DNA from: Patescibacteria group bacterium
Lineage (GTDB): Bacteria > Patescibacteriota > Minisyncoccia > Phycocordibacterales > PALSA-1337
DNA: 64,000 bases
Direction: 5' to 3'
Assembly: GCA_038061795.1 (NCBI GenBank)
Contig: JBBTYL010000001.1
Location: 65,801-129,800, forward strand
The position numbers and the translations under genes are program-made. Below are positions 19,270 through 28,191 of the stretch, in pieces (within the stretch, counting starts at the first letter, position 1; every line of letters starts with the position of its first letter). Below the pieces are notes generated by a model that saw only the letters and a program-made list of their open reading frames with translations, ran no database searches and was not told the origin of the DNA.

Positions 19270-19923
19270 ATGAAACTCCTTCTCACCTCATCAGGCCTTA
19301 CTAACAAGTCAATCTCGAACGCCTTATTCGACCTAGTCGGCAGGAAGCCCGAAGAAACCTCTATCGCTTTCATTCCGACTGCGTCAAATATTGAAACTGG
19401 AGACAAGAGCTGGTTTATAGATGATTTGGTCAATATTCAGAAACAAGGTTTCAAATCCATCAGCATCGTAGATATTTCAGCGGTTTCAGAGGATATATGG
19501 CGACCGCAGCTTGAGGAGGCGGATGTCCTCTTTTTCAATGGAGGAAACAGCTATCATCTCATGAACTGGATAAATAAGTCTGGACTTGCAAAGCTGCTTC
19601 CTGAAATGCTCAAAACGAAAGTATACGCAGGTTCAAGCGCGGGAAGCGTGGTTACTACGCCGGATCTTGTATTGAGGCTTTCTAAAATCATATACGGAGA
19701 CGATATTGAAAAAGAGAATATGAACGGCTTGAACTATGTCGATTTCTATTTCCTCCCACATCTTAATTCACCCGATTTTCCTAATCGAATGGAGGAGAAG
19801 ATTAAGGAAGCTGCAAGAGATTTGCCAAAGAAGATTTATTCTCTTGACGATCAGACGGCACTTAAGGTCGTGGATGGAAAGGTGGAGGTTGTCAGTGAGG
19901 GGAAGTGTCTTGAGTTTAATTAA
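19270..19923 (+). CDS. Peptidase S51 (dipeptidase E-like) family protein
   Basis: 217 aa. MKLLLTSSG.., IAFIPTAS, FFNGGNSYHL, YAGSSAGS (nucleophile-Ser context typical of PepE-like proteins). Confidence 0.8.
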   Translation: MKLLLTSSGLTNKSISNALFDLVGRKPEETSIAFIPTASNIETGDKSWFIDDLVNIQKQGFKSISIVDISAVSEDIWRPQLEEADVLFFNGGNSYHLMNWINKSGLAKLLPEMLKTKVYAGSSAGSVVTTPDLVLRLSKIIYGDDIEKENMNGLNYVDFYFLPHLNSPDFPNRMEEKIKEAARDLPKKIYSLDDQTALKVVDGKVEVVSEGKCLEFN

Positions 19924-20465
19924 TCTAAATTCCCAAAAAACTTAATTAAATTAGCAATATGCTCACCCACTCCAACCCCAAGCGATTCACAACCTCGAGT
20001 GATAACAGTTCGATCTATTTTTGATGCAAAAGATTTCTCATTGAACCTTTTCTTTATTGAGCTCGATTTCATGTCTTTGAATGGGATCGGATTGAGTTTC
20101 TTGTACGCATAGAAGATTCCGCAAAGCTCGTCGCAAGCCATGAGCGCTGAAGCCAGTTTGGTCTTGGGCAGGGTAGTGAAGCCGTTGTAATTGTAGGCAT
20201 GGGCTTCTACGGCATGGATCAGTTCTTCAGGATAGTTCCATTCCTTAAACCATTTTAATGATTCAGTAGGATGGGTATCAGGATGTTCTCCAAAATCAAT
20301 ATCATGAAGGAGTCCAGTGATGTACCAGAGGTCTTTGTTTTCATTAAATATGCTTGCGTATCCTTCTAGAGCAGTGGCTGTCATTTTCGCATGATAGCGT
20401 TGATATTCATCAGCAACATGCAGTTCAAGAAGTTTGTAAGCTTCGTCTCGGGCGGGGATGATCAT
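19920..20465 (-). CDS. HD-domain phosphohydrolase
   Basis: 181 aa. H...HD metal motif (GLLHDIDF) plus downstream His residues. The stop is convergent with and overlaps the S51 gene end. Confidence 0.75.
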   Translation of the reverse strand: MIIPARDEAYKLLELHVADEYQRYHAKMTATALEGYASIFNENKDLWYITGLLHDIDFGEHPDTHPTESLKWFKEWNYPEELIHAVEAHAYNYNGFTTLPKTKLASALMACDELCGIFYAYKKLNPIPFKDMKSSSIKKRFNEKSFASKIDRTVITRGCESLGVGVGEHIANLIKFFGNLD

Positions 20466-20547
20466 AAGAGTATTATAGCAAACATGCCTAGTTTGACATC
20501 ACTATGCTTATTGGATACCATTCGCATCAGTAACAACAATTGTTTTT

Positions 20548-21090
20548 GTGCGCGATAAGCGGACACGAACAGCAACCCGGAGAAACTGTCCCATGAAAAC
20601 AAGCAGAAAGCCCCTTGAGGTCTTCTATGCGATTACAATGACCTCTCTGTATCTTGCCGAAATCGGCAACCAGAAAAAAGCGCCTAAGCTGACTAAGCTT
20701 GAATGCAAGAAGCCGGCCAAAAACAAAACCGCAATCGGGCGCGTCGTCGAAAACGGAAGCATGCTGGCTGTCGGCGATCAGCTCGTACTTTTTGTACCTG
20801 AAGGCGCCGGCGGGCAGAATACAAGGGTGGAACGTGAGCTGACGATGGTTAATACCAGTTATTGGGGAGGTCGGACATCGCGAGTCGTTGCCCTTTTCTT
20901 GGATAAGAACGAAGCTCGCTTGGCGTATGGAAAAAGCAATCATGCTTCTTGCGATAAGCGATGGCTTCCTCAGACTATTGCAACGCTCAAAGCCATCGGC
21001 TTGGATCATCCCAAATGCTCTGTTTTGACGCTTGGGGAGCCGGGTTCAATGTATGGACCTTTGCTTATCCCTGACGTTTGGCAGAAATAA
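20548..21090 (+). CDS. Hypothetical protein (G+C-rich)
   Basis: 180-aa ORF followed by a strong intrinsic terminator at 21116-21142. Preferred over the overlapping antisense ORF for that reason. Confidence 0.45.
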   Translation: MRDKRTRTATRRNCPMKTSRKPLEVFYAITMTSLYLAEIGNQKKAPKLTKLECKKPAKNKTAIGRVVENGSMLAVGDQLVLFVPEGAGGQNTRVERELTMVNTSYWGGRTSRVVALFLDKNEARLAYGKSNHASCDKRWLPQTIATLKAIGLDHPKCSVLTLGEPGSMYGPLLIPDVWQK

Positions 21091-21115
21091 TTCCTTCTTT
21101 TGTGTTTTCACAAAA

Positions 21116-21142
21116 CCGCCGGGTCGCAAGCTGGCGGTTTTT
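21116..21142 (+). terminator. Intrinsic terminator
   Basis: CCGCCGG-GTCGCAAG-CTGGCGG followed by TTTTT. Confidence 0.8.
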
Positions 21143-21171
21143 CTCTGCTTAAATTTGTTATACTTTACCCC

Positions 21172-21735
21172 ATGAAGCCATTCTTCGGAACCCTTTCAGT
21201 AATCATCGCCATTATATCTTTCGTCCCATATATAAAAGACGTTCTTGCCAGAAAAACTACCCCGCATATCTACTCATGGCTCGTTTGGACTATTCTCCAG
21301 GCCCTCGCAACGATAGCGATTCTTAAAGAAAACCCCTGGTGGAGCGGATTGGGAGTAGGCAGTGTCGGCCTTGTTTCACTTGTTGTCTTTCTTTTCTCTT
21401 TCAAATATGGAACAAAAAATATAACTATTTTTGATACCGTCTGTCTGATCGGGGCACTGGCTGCAATCTCGGTTTGGATTTTTATCCACGACATAACCCT
21501 TTCAGTAATACTTGTCACCATCATTGATTTTGTGGCTTTTCTGCCCACATTCAGAAAAGCTTATCAGGAACCTCATAGCGAGACGATTATCTTATATGTA
21601 TGCAGCGGTCTTTCAAATATATTCTCACTTCTTTCTATTTCCCATCACTCAGTCTCCTCAACCCTTTACGTTGCAAGTCTCATCGTCACCAATTTTCTCT
21701 TTGTCGGGCTTGTACTTATGAGAAGGAAGAAATGA
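21172..21735 (+). CDS. Polytopic membrane protein, unknown function
   Basis: The start is moved to ATG 21172 (MKPFFGTL...), because the upstream part of the tracked ORF covers the terminator. About 6 TM helices. Confidence 0.6.
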   Translation: MKPFFGTLSVIIAIISFVPYIKDVLARKTTPHIYSWLVWTILQALATIAILKENPWWSGLGVGSVGLVSLVVFLFSFKYGTKNITIFDTVCLIGALAAISVWIFIHDITLSVILVTIIDFVAFLPTFRKAYQEPHSETIILYVCSGLSNIFSLLSISHHSVSSTLYVASLIVTNFLFVGLVLMRRKK

Positions 21736-22089
21736 TAAATAAAACACACGCGCCGTTGCCGACGCGTGGTTGTGTAACATTTTTACCATGAGGAGTAGCG
21801 GTTAGTTGATCTCCAGGTTTTCTTCTTTTTCTTTTTTCTCTTGACTGATGGCTGCAACCCCATTTGTTTGGCTGCTCCACGGCTGATGTGAGGTCCTGCG
21901 TACATGATGATGCCTTGGTTGACGTTATACCGACTGAACTGACGCTCCAGCAATGGTCGCTGATTCGCATCTTTTTGTCAAATCAATTTGACAAAGCCAC
22001 TAAAGTATAATATGTTTTTTAGAAGATGACCGTACGTGCGTTTATCTACGAGCCGACGTATTTCGGAGTTTGAAAACGGAATTGAAACT

Positions 22090-22920
22090 ATGACTTCAAC
22101 ACTTACCCCGATCAAGATGCGTTTCCCCGAACAGAGGTATTCCATAAGCAACCCGCCCATTGATAGAGATGAGGGCGAGCGAAGGATTGATGAACTCGAA
22201 CAAAGTATCATCCTTACCGAAGCCGATTTGCGAACGAAAGACGTAAGCGATTTTGGGACTCCTGATGCGCTTCATGAATGGAGGATCAGGGCGAGAAGGT
22301 CAATCGGACACCGCAATCATGAGCTTAGGACTCTTCGAAAATGGCTTCGGTCGCAAGATCCGTCAGGGCCGACGAATCCTGAAGTCCTGGCGGAGTTTAA
22401 TGCGGCAATATCGGAATTCATCGCTGAACACCCCTATATAGCGAAACGTTGGAAGAGCGAAAGTTCAGAATCCCTAGTTGCCGAAACGATAAAGCGCAGG
22501 GAGGAGCTATTGTCACTCAGGGGGAGGTATGAAAGATTCATGTCACACCTTGAAACAGAAAGAAGGCGTCTCCAGTGCTCTTTTTTCGACCTTAAGGAAG
22601 CAAAAGCTCGTGTTCATCGAGTAATCAAGAACATGGAGCCTGAGCTGCTTGAGTTGAAGGCGACGCGCAGGACTATCGGATCAGGACCCATACCAACAGG
22701 TGACCCTCGTTTGAAAATTATCGAGGAGCAGCTTTCAGGACTCAAGAGGGAACTTAAAATGGAAAGCGCCCAGATGACTGGCTGGCTTTTCAGCCTCATT
22801 GCGCCTCGCAGCCTGGAGCTCGGGTTGAAGCCTGACGAGCTGGAGCTTCTTACTAGGATTGGTGAGTTCGTCCGTCTAACCTCAGAGAGACGCGCAATCC
22901 AGTTTCCGCACTCAAAGTAA
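22090..22920 (+). CDS. Hypothetical coiled-coil protein
   Basis: The ORF is open from 22036; the first ATG is at 22090. Charged, helix-rich sequence. A terminator follows. Confidence 0.5.
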   Translation: MTSTLTPIKMRFPEQRYSISNPPIDRDEGERRIDELEQSIILTEADLRTKDVSDFGTPDALHEWRIRARRSIGHRNHELRTLRKWLRSQDPSGPTNPEVLAEFNAAISEFIAEHPYIAKRWKSESSESLVAETIKRREELLSLRGRYERFMSHLETERRRLQCSFFDLKEAKARVHRVIKNMEPELLELKATRRTIGSGPIPTGDPRLKIIEEQLSGLKRELKMESAQMTGWLFSLIAPRSLELGLKPDELELLTRIGEFVRLTSERRAIQFPHSK

Positions 22921-22937
22921 CCCCCAAATTCAAAACT

Positions 22938-22970
22938 CCGCCGATGCGTTTGCTCGGCGGTTTTTCTTTT
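22938..22970 (+). terminator. Intrinsic terminator
   Basis: CCGCCGA-TGCGTTTGC-TCGGCGG followed by TTTTTCTTTT. Confidence 0.8.
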
Positions 22971-23057
22971 GCATGCCATTGCTACTTATCCTCATATGTA
23001 GTACGCTTGTACGTACAAGGAAAATAGTCGCGCTTCTTTTAAATTTAATTCAATCAC

Positions 23058-23255
23058 ATGACAGGAACAATCAAGACAGTCACTGATAAGGGATTCGGTT
23101 TCATTGCTCGCGAAGGCGAGACAAAGGACCTTTTCTTCCATTCAAATGACCTCTCTGGCGTTTCATTCAATGAGCTCAAAGCAGGCGATGTCGTCTCTTT
23201 TGAAGTAGTTGATGGACCAAAGGGACCTAGTGCAAAGAACGTAGCACGAGCGTAA
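23058..23255 (+). CDS. Cold-shock domain protein
   Basis: 65 aa. RNP1-like KGFGFI and the overall CspA pattern (GTIKTVTDKGFGFIAREGETKDLFFH). Confidence 0.9.
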   Translation: MTGTIKTVTDKGFGFIAREGETKDLFFHSNDLSGVSFNELKAGDVVSFEVVDGPKGPSAKNVARA

Positions 23256-23277
23256 TCGCTAGGTGTCTAAAGTAAGA

Positions 23278-23300
23278 GCCCGCTTCACAGCGGGTTTTTG
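23278..23300 (+). terminator. Intrinsic terminator
   Basis: CCCGC-TTCACA-GCGGG followed by TTTTT. Confidence 0.8.
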
Positions 23301-23393
23301 CTTGCTTGAATGTATTTGACAATATTAAATAAGTATTGTAAGTTGTATGTAGTAGTAGCTGGGTCGTACCTAGCTTCAAACCTGTTCATTTTT

Positions 23394-23708
23394 ATGAAAA
23401 CATTGCTTCTTGCAGCACTTGCACTGATGTTGTTCGTGGCAGATGCTCAAGCTAGTCGGCAAGCACCATGCTTCTTATACTTCAGCTTCGAGACGTGGCA
23501 ACTTGAGCCGTATTATCCTCCGATTGCAGAAAGCACGAACGCGGCAGCTTTCATCCCGCACGAGAAGACGGCAGAACAGGAATTCTGGGCATCGGTCTAT
23601 TTCATAGATGACTTTGATTCCCATCGCATCATCCGCATTTTCATCCTTTTCTGTCTCGTACTCGTATGCGACAAAATCAAACTCGGAAGGAAGCAGCTTG
23701 AAAAATAG
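23394..23708 (+). CDS. Small secreted hypothetical protein
   Basis: ATG at 23394 gives MKTLLLAALALMLFVADAQA, which is signal-peptide-like. No known motif. Confidence 0.5.
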   Translation: MKTLLLAALALMLFVADAQASRQAPCFLYFSFETWQLEPYYPPIAESTNAAAFIPHEKTAEQEFWASVYFIDDFDSHRIIRIFILFCLVLVCDKIKLGRKQLEK

Positions 23709-23826
23709 CGAATTGATCGGTTCACTTTCAAACCCGGCGTGGAAACATGCCGGTGTTCTTTATATATAAAAAAACCGCCTCACACTATGGGGATAGCATG
23801 AGGGGTCTGAAAAAGCGACTTCGTAG

Positions 23827-24177
23827 TCATTGTAGGGGCACATCAAGGACTGCGTGGATGTCGGCGGTGACAAATGGCTTGTTGAGTGATACATCGCAGC
23901 CACGGCTCCGCTGTTCTTGCTGGAGATCTCCGCTCATCGCGATCATCTTGCAGTTTGGAAACATTATTCGTGCTACCTCGAGAAGCTGAAGCGTATTACC
24001 GCCTTCGATCTTGCCGTCCCAAAAGATGTAATCAAAGAGTTCCTGGGGATGAAGGTAAGCATGAACTCGGAATGTACTTTTCGCGACATGGATTTCGGCA
24101 TTCGGCAGTTTTGCCTCAATGGCCTGACAAAGCAATCTGCTGATAGCCTCGTCGTCTTCTACAATCAGTGTCTTCAT
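23827..24177 (-). CDS. Stand-alone CheY-like receiver domain protein
   Basis: ATG at 24177 gives MKTLIVEDDEAISRLL... with a central D (IFWDG) and a late K (LNKPF), in the pattern of response-regulator receivers. No output domain and no adjacent kinase. Confidence 0.7.
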   Translation of the reverse strand: MKTLIVEDDEAISRLLCQAIEAKLPNAEIHVAKSTFRVHAYLHPQELFDYIFWDGKIEGGNTLQLLEVARIMFPNCKMIAMSGDLQQEQRSRGCDVSLNKPFVTADIHAVLDVPLQ

Positions 24178-24313
24178 ATTTGAGTGGGGTGTGCTGGGTT
24201 TGTTACCTGAAAATACTATATCACACAATCCTAGAAAAGCAAATAAAAAAACAGCGCTACGATCCTTTGCAGGAGGTAGCGCGTTTGTGTAAATGACCCT
24301 AAGGTCGAAGAGC

Positions 24314-25138
24314 TCAATTTGCCCAGGAAATGATTCGACGGAATACCTCTTCACGAACCACGGGCTGAAGCTGGATCATGTGGCATGCATTCTGCACAAC
24401 TTCGCAGTGCGCTCTGTGCTTGCGAGCGATTGCCTGCTGAATCGAGGGCGGAGTAAGTCTGTCTTCGCTGCCGCCGATGACGAGTGTGTTGCATCGCCTG
24501 ACAGGTTTCACCCACGCATTCCATAAGAAGAACGAAATGTCGCGGGCTGCCTTGCCAGACTCATACACAAGCTGTGACATGTATTGATCCTGATCGTCGC
24601 GCGTGAAGCCTTGGTTAAAGGCCAAATCACGAAGATCATTTACCGTCAGCACAAATGGTTGTTTGCCGAGAATGCTCGGAACATATTTCCAGATCTTCAA
24701 CAGAATGGGACCGCGAAGCGGAATGCCGGCTGGTGGTGCGCTCGTAACAAGTATGAGTTTTTCAACCCACGCGTGTCTATATGCCACGATCTGTGAAATG
24801 AGCGCGCCCATTGAGTGACCGACAAGCGTACAGAGTCCAATGTAACTGATCGCATCCATAACGTCCCGGACATATTCTGCAATTCCTGCTTCGGCAAGCT
24901 TGAAGGAGGTTGAGTTTCCATGCCCGCGCAAATCAATTGCGTAAGCGGGGATGCCCATATCTTCTGCTTGCTGAAGCCAGTGTTGGAAGACCGCTGCGTC
25001 CGACCACATTCCGTGGACGAATAGCAGGGGCCGTTGTGCTAGTGGCTGACCGGTGGACTCATTTGGAACCCACCTGTTTGCGTAAAGGTAGATGCCATTT
25101 GGCAACACGATTTTCCGAAAAGGGAAGTTTTGTTTCAT
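24314..25138 (-). CDS. Alpha/beta-fold hydrolase
   Basis: 274 aa. HG oxyanion region (LLFVHGMWSD) and nucleophile elbow GHSMGA. G+C-rich. Confidence 0.8.
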   Translation of the reverse strand: MKQNFPFRKIVLPNGIYLYANRWVPNESTGQPLAQRPLLFVHGMWSDAAVFQHWLQQAEDMGIPAYAIDLRGHGNSTSFKLAEAGIAEYVRDVMDAISYIGLCTLVGHSMGALISQIVAYRHAWVEKLILVTSAPPAGIPLRGPILLKIWKYVPSILGKQPFVLTVNDLRDLAFNQGFTRDDQDQYMSQLVYESGKAARDISFFLWNAWVKPVRRCNTLVIGGSEDRLTPPSIQQAIARKHRAHCEVVQNACHMIQLQPVVREEVFRRIISWAN

Positions 25139-25319
25139 AACTGGAGTTTTCTTGGGACAAATTGTCGATGTTGTTTAGCTGACCTGCAAATATTATGTCA
25201 TAAATTAATAATAAAAGCAAATCAATTCAGGCAAGAAAAAACGCACCATTCCTCAAAGGATACTGGTGCGTGCGGTTCTTTTGGAACCGCGCTTCGTTCG
25301 GGGTTTGTTGCTGAAGAGC

Positions 25320-25643
25320 TTACGCTGCAAGCAGTGCTTGATTCAGACCGCGCCGATCGAGCATTCCAACACGAGTGACCGGATGACGGAGTTCGCGCTT
25401 GGATTCGCTCAGAAACACGACTTGGTGCCGAACCACTTCGAAAGGATTGTTGAGTTTCAAACTGAACTGAACATCCTTCTCAAAGAGCACTACGATCGCT
25501 TGCGATTCGTGCGGGCTTGGGACGAATGTTACTCCGTCTTCGCCCATGGCGTTCATGACCACCCGTTCGATTGCTGTCCGAAGACTAGGGGAACGAGTGG
25601 CAATGTGGACCGCGACTGACTTGTTATGTGCATTGGATTTCAT
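25320..25643 (-). CDS. Hypothetical protein
   Basis: 107-aa ORF. Preferred over the overlapping plus-strand ORF because a TTGACT-N17-TATACT promoter (25743-25771, minus strand) lies upstream. Confidence 0.4.
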   Translation of the reverse strand: MKSNAHNKSVAVHIATRSPSLRTAIERVVMNAMGEDGVTFVPSPHESQAIVVLFEKDVQFSLKLNNPFEVVRHQVVFLSESKRELRHPVTRVGMLDRRGLNQALLAA

Positions 25644-25742
25644 ACTCGGTATTCTTTCTCCTTGGCAGCTGGCGAAGATTTGCCTGCTGTTTCTGTGGCG
25701 GGTTGTGCCACAGTGGTTTACCGTAACCCTCTACCTTGATAT

Positions 25743-25771
25743 AGTATAGCACCAAAAAGGCTCAAAGTCAA
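25743..25771 (-). promoter_or_regulatory. Sigma70-type promoter
   Basis: Minus strand TTGACT-TTGAGCCTTTTTGGTGC-TATACT. Confidence 0.45.
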
Positions 25772-25832
25772 GCATCCCGTAAATTAGCCAAAAAGGGCCT
25801 ATTTCTGCTATGATTTAAGCCAATCTACTCAC

Positions 25833-27962
25833 ATGAACGAAAAGTTCCTAAAACCCTACAATTCGGCTGAAACCGAGGATTCCATCTACAAAGCGTGGCT
25901 TGAAAGCGGATATTTCAATCCTGACAAGCTGCCCGATCGACACAAAACTCCATACACCATAGTCCTGCCTCCGCCGAACGTGACGGGAACTTTGCATATG
26001 GGGCACGCCGCCATGCTTGCTATCGAGGATATTTTTATTCGTTACAAGAGGATGAAAGGATACAAAACGCTCTGGGTTCCAGGTACAGACCATGCTGCGA
26101 TTGCGACACAGTCAAAAGTTGAAAAAGATCTTGAAAAGAAGGAAGGCAAGAGGCGTCATGATCTCGGTCGTGAGGAATTTCTCAAGCGTGTTAATGATTT
26201 CGCGCTTGCAAGCCATGATACGATCGTAAATCAGGTGAAGAAAATGGGATCATCGATCGACTGGTCCCGAGAAGCCTTTACTCTTGATGAGAAAAGGACT
26301 GTCGCAGTGAGGACTGCATTCAAGACTATGTATGATCTCGGCCTTATCTATCGGGGACATCGCATTGTGAACTGGGATCCGAAAGGCCAGACGACTATCT
26401 CTGATGACGAAATCGTTTATGAAGAACGAAAGTCAAAGATCTATACTTTCAAATACGCAAAGAATTTTCCCATTTCAATTGCTACGACCAGGCCGGAAAC
26501 AAAAGTGGGGGATACTGCAGTCGCTGTCCATCCTGAAGATGCTCGTTACAAGCGGTTTATTGGAAAAAACTTCGATGTAGATTTTGCCGGAGCGAGGCTT
26601 TCCATAAAAATAGTAGGAGATACAGCTGTTGATCCAGAATACGGAACTGGAGCGGTGGGAGTTACACCTGCACATAGTTCTATAGATGCTGAAATTGCTG
26701 CACGCCATAACTTACCTACGATTCAGGTCATCAATGAATATGCAAAAATGATGCCGAAGACAGGAATTGTCGAAGGACTCAAGGTAGCTGAGGCACGAGA
26801 GAAGATAGTTGCATGGCTCAATGAAAATGGTCTCATGGAAAAAGAAGAAGAGACGACTCAGAATATCTCGACTGCAGAACGAACAGGCGCGGTCATCGAG
26901 CCTTTGCCGAAACTCCAGTGGTTTATTGCAGTAAATAAAAAATTCGCGAAGAATGGAAAAGAGAGAACGCTTAAAGAAATCATGATAGAGGCAGTCGAGA
27001 GCAAGCAGATTAAAATAATGCCTGAGCAGTTTGAACGAGTTTACTTCAATTGGATCAATAATCTTCGCGACTGGTGCATTTCACGACAGATTTGGTACGG
27101 GCACAGGATTCCTGTGTGGTACAAAGGAGACGAAGTACATGTTGGGTTGGAAGCCCCAAAGGGCGAGGATTGGAAGCAAGATGAAGACACTCTCGATACT
27201 TGGTTTTCTTCGGGCCTTTGGACATTTTCGACTCTTGGTTGGCCAGAGCAGACTCCTGATCTCTCAACATTCCATCCGACTGATGTTCTCGAAACAGGTT
27301 ACGACATCCTTTTCTTCTGGGTTGCCCGAATGATCCTTATGACAGGCTGTCTGCTCGATACGATTCCATTTAAGAATGTGTATCTCCACGGACTTGTGCT
27401 TGATAAGAAGGGAAAGAAGATGTCGAAATCGAAGCCGGAATCAAATATCGACCCTCTCGATATGATTGCAAAATATGGTGCGGATGCTACACGACTTTCG
27501 CTCATCATTGGAAACGCAGCAGGGAATGATCTCAAGCTTTCAGAAGACAAGATCAAGGGCTATCGAAATTTTTCAAATAAGCTTTGGAATATCACGCGAT
27601 TCGTTTTGACTTCAGCCGAAGGAGAAACTTTAGAAGAAGGAACCGAAGTAAGTAAAGAATTAAAAGATACTCTCGCAGATGTTACGACAGATATTGAAAA
27701 TTATCGGCTCTATCTTGCAGCAGAAAAGCTTTATCACTATGCATGGCATGAATTCGCAGACAAGATACTAGAAGAAAGCAAACCGATACTTGCAAATGGC
27801 AGCGATGCGGAAAAGAAAGCACGAAAGCAATTCCTCCTCGTCACGCTTGTTACGCTTCTGAAAGCCCTCCACCCGTTTATTCCGTATGTTACCGAAGAAA
27901 TCTGGAAAGACATGCCGATCTCGGACAAGAAGATGTTGATTATAGAAGAATGGCCAGTCTAG
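25833..27962 (+). CDS. valS: Valyl-tRNA synthetase (short, no C-terminal coiled coil)
   Basis: 709 aa. PPPNVTGTLHMGHA (HIGH), WVPGTDHAAIATQ, KMSKS. The ORF ends soon after the anticodon-binding region. Confidence 0.95.
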   Translation: MNEKFLKPYNSAETEDSIYKAWLESGYFNPDKLPDRHKTPYTIVLPPPNVTGTLHMGHAAMLAIEDIFIRYKRMKGYKTLWVPGTDHAAIATQSKVEKDLEKKEGKRRHDLGREEFLKRVNDFALASHDTIVNQVKKMGSSIDWSREAFTLDEKRTVAVRTAFKTMYDLGLIYRGHRIVNWDPKGQTTISDDEIVYEERKSKIYTFKYAKNFPISIATTRPETKVGDTAVAVHPEDARYKRFIGKNFDVDFAGARLSIKIVGDTAVDPEYGTGAVGVTPAHSSIDAEIAARHNLPTIQVINEYAKMMPKTGIVEGLKVAEAREKIVAWLNENGLMEKEEETTQNISTAERTGAVIEPLPKLQWFIAVNKKFAKNGKERTLKEIMIEAVESKQIKIMPEQFERVYFNWINNLRDWCISRQIWYGHRIPVWYKGDEVHVGLEAPKGEDWKQDEDTLDTWFSSGLWTFSTLGWPEQTPDLSTFHPTDVLETGYDILFFWVARMILMTGCLLDTIPFKNVYLHGLVLDKKGKKMSKSKPESNIDPLDMIAKYGADATRLSLIIGNAAGNDLKLSEDKIKGYRNFSNKLWNITRFVLTSAEGETLEEGTEVSKELKDTLADVTTDIENYRLYLAAEKLYHYAWHEFADKILEESKPILANGSDAEKKARKQFLLVTLVTLLKALHPFIPYVTEEIWKDMPISDKKMLIIEEWPV

Positions 27963-27964
27963 GA

Positions 27965-28038
27965 AACAAAAAACCGCACTCTCGTGCGGATTCCTGCAGG
28001 ATTTACCTTCGTGGCTCGTGACCCCTCCCCTCATCAAT
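27965..28038 (-). ncRNA. Candidate small RNA, copy B (same family as 18478-18546)
   Basis: Minus strand: AUUGAUGAGGGGAGGGGUCACGAGCCACGAAGGUAAAUCCUGCAGGAA + hairpin UCCGCACGAGAGUGCGG + UUUUUUGUU. A promoter-like TTGACT-N17-TAAACT lies at 28045-28073. Confidence 0.4.
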
Positions 28039-28044
28039 ACATAA

Positions 28045-28073
28045 AGTTTATACAATCTTTATATCCAAGTCAA
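28045..28073 (-). promoter_or_regulatory. Candidate promoter for sRNA copy B
   Basis: Minus strand TTGACT-N17-TAAACT. An alternative reading is N15-TATAAA. Confidence 0.4.
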
Positions 28074-28095
28074 GTAAGATAATCACTTTCTCCTG

Positions 28096-28120
28096 TGGCG
28101 ATGGCGGGAGTCGAACCCGC
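28096..28120 (-). other. Orphan tRNA 3' fragment (T arm plus acceptor 3' strand)
   Basis: Minus strand GCGGG-TTCGACT-CCCGC-CATCGCC-A is a perfect T arm with a 3' acceptor strand. No complementary 5' acceptor strand (GGCGATG) or D/anticodon arms were found upstream. Confidence 0.5.
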
Positions 28121-28191
28121 AGAATTAGTTATGAAAAAAGAATGAAATGCGCCCGTCGTAAAGGCGTGATATTATTAAAACCCTGAACTTT

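Noticed and set aside
20527-21009. 160-aa minus-strand ORF overlapping 20548-21090 (+).
   Set aside because: The plus-strand ORF is longer and is followed by a strong intrinsic terminator. The minus ORF has no comparable signals. Both calls remain low confidence.
21716-21970. 84-aa minus-strand ORF between the membrane-protein gene and the 22090 gene.
   Set aside because: It has no recognisable motif, overlaps the 3' end of the upstream gene, and has no promoter or RBS that I could see. It is left unannotated rather than called.
25266-25619. 117-aa plus-strand ORF overlapping 25320-25643 (-).
   Set aside because: A TTGACT-N17-TATACT promoter is positioned for the minus-strand ORF, and the neighbouring G+C-rich genes are also on the minus strand. 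No plus-strand signals were seen.
28096-28190. A complete tRNA or a tmRNA on the minus strand.
   Set aside because: Only the T arm and the 3' acceptor strand are present. No 5' acceptor complement, D arm or anticodon arm was found. The acceptor lacks the G3:U70 pair expected for tmRNA, and there is no tag reading frame.
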